Assembly (NCBI RefSeq): GCF_902713615.1
Contig: NC_052158.1
Coordinates: 18,844,546-18,908,545, forward strand
DNA from: Scyliorhinus canicula
Taxonomy: Eukaryota
DNA: 64,000 nt
Direction: 5' to 3'
Shown piece by piece: positions 62,420 through 64,000 of this stretch (its first letter is position 1; each line of letters begins with the position of its first letter). Position numbers and translations under genes: made by a program. The notes under the pieces were generated by a model. It worked only from the letters and a program-made list of their open reading frames with translations, made no database searches and was not told the origin of the DNA.

Positions 62420-63170
62420 GGTGACCATGGGGGCGAAGCTTTCGGCCATGGGTCAGAATGTTCAAGGCCTGGGCAGTCTGTTGCGGCAGTGGCCAAGGCC
62501 CAGGACAGAGCTGCCCTATTACAGGGAGCCAAGTACAAAGGTTGCTCCTCCAGAGCATGGCCCAGTCACAACGGGTAATGGCTGAGAGAGTCAGCGGCAT
62601 TGCCCAGGCGCTGACCGATGTGGCACAGACCCAGAAAGAGTTGGCTCACTCCCTATGCTCCATGACCGCGAGCATCGAGACCCTGTTTGGGGCATGGGAC
62701 TCCAGGACTGGCAGGGCCAGGTGGTGGGAGAACCTCAGGGGTTAGCTCCACATGCACCTCCGTCCCATGGAGTAGCCCAGGGGCTATCAGGCACCCTGAG
62801 GGAGGAGGAGGTGATGAGGCCTGTGCCGGTGACTCTCGCAGGGGAAGTTGCAGAACACCGCAGCACCTCGACTCCTCCTCCTGTCCTTGGTGCATCTGGT
62901 GGGCAGTGGACAGAACAGGGTGGCACCATGCCACCTGGTACACCCAGGCAACAGCTGGGCCCATCCAGAACCAGTCACCCCAGTAAACGGCCGCCGAAGG
63001 GGACCCAGGTCACAGGGTAGGAATCGCAGCAGGCTACCTCCACACCTGATGTAGTGCCTGGGGATCCACCTAGACGTAGCATTGGGGCCCATAAGGACAG
63101 GAAGGTAGACACCAGCTAAGTTGGCATAGGTGGAACACAGGATAGTGTTAGGGACGAAGGCATAAAGCAG
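62420..63170 (+). mobile_element. Harbinger-related fragment homologous to 5770-6020
   Basis: 62886-63125 aligns by eye with 5781-6030 (ccYtggtgcatctggtgggcag ... taagttggc). Confidence 0.6.
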
Positions 63171-63189
63171 TATATATACATGTTTACAG

Positions 63190-64000
63190 ACCATGGCCCA
63201 GCACGAGGGAACGAGAGTAGCAGAGAAGGGAGAGCAAGTGAGAGGGGAGCAGGGTAAGATGGGGGAAGAACGGGCAGAAAACCGTAGAGATCGGGGGAGG
63301 GAGAAGCGGGACAGTAACTACCAAGAGGGGGCAGTCACTGCACTAGCAGGAAAGCTAGCGCCGGAGGCATGCAGCAAGGCAGGGCCACGGCGCTCCCCCA
63401 ACAGGGGGGGCTGCGCCAGGCGGGGGGGGGGGGGGGGAGACCACTCAACAGAGGCAGGAGAGCAAACGGTGATAGGAACGGGGGAATGCGAGACAAAAGA
63501 GGGGTAAATGGGAGAGGGGAGGATGGGGAGGATAAGGGGAGGGAAAAGGGGGGGATGGGGAGGATAAGGGGAGGGAAAAGGGGGGGATGGAGAGGATAAG
63601 GGGAGGGATCGGGGGGGGTGGGACACCGGGAAGGAGAGACAAACAAGGCAAGAAAGAGAATAGCAGTATGGCTACAAAGTGCCACAACCAAGGGCTCAGA
63701 ACAAGGAATCACTGCAAGCATCCACCCAATACGGTCTCTGGGCGAAGGGAGACCCCAGCTGCAGGGGACTACCCCCGTGGCGGACGCACAGTGGGCGGCC
63801 ATGTTGGGTGCCCCCTGGACAAAGGGAAACCCTCGAGCGCAGGGATCCGACCACATGGGGAGAACAGTGACATCGACCATCTTGGACGGCCTCCTAACAA
63901 GGGGGAAACCCGGAGGGCAGGGCCGCGTACAAAAGGTAAATATGGTTGATCCCATAGGAGCGGGGAGACAGAAGCCCCCGACCAGGATAGTCACCTGGAA
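63190..64000 (+). mobile_element. L1/Tx1-like inter-ORF region running into the ORF2 start
   Basis: G/A-rich spacer ending ...AGGATAGTCACCTGGAA (RIVTWN), like 48720-48750. Confidence 0.6.

Overview
Repeat-dense vertebrate genomic DNA, most likely a shark or other elasmobranch. That assignment is inferred from the HE1-like tRNA-derived SINEs and the CR1, L1/Tx1-like, L2, Penelope-like and Harbinger elements. Almost the whole window is one minus-strand, 10-exon gene (ATG at 61717, candidate last coding exon 501..155). I assembled it by hand from GT-AG exons, several of which the ORF track misses. It encodes a signal peptide, two disulfide-less CD2/SLAM/CEACAM-type IgV domains, one IgC2 domain, five transmembrane helices each on its own phase-1 exon, and a cytoplasmic tail. 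Exons 1-9 give 513 codons; the total is about 628 aa if exon 10 reads to its first stop. This is a CD47-like Ig+5TM topology on a CD2/SLAM-like ectodomain, and I do not recognise it as a named gene. About 97% of the gene is intronic and mostly filled with nested transposons. These include two large minisatellites that arose inside LINE sequences, a 58-bp near-perfect hairpin, a solo LTR with a TSD and four L1 insertions with clear TSDs. There are no rRNA, bona fide tRNA or CRISPR features. Exon and TSD coordinates were read base by base; other repeat boundaries are approximate.
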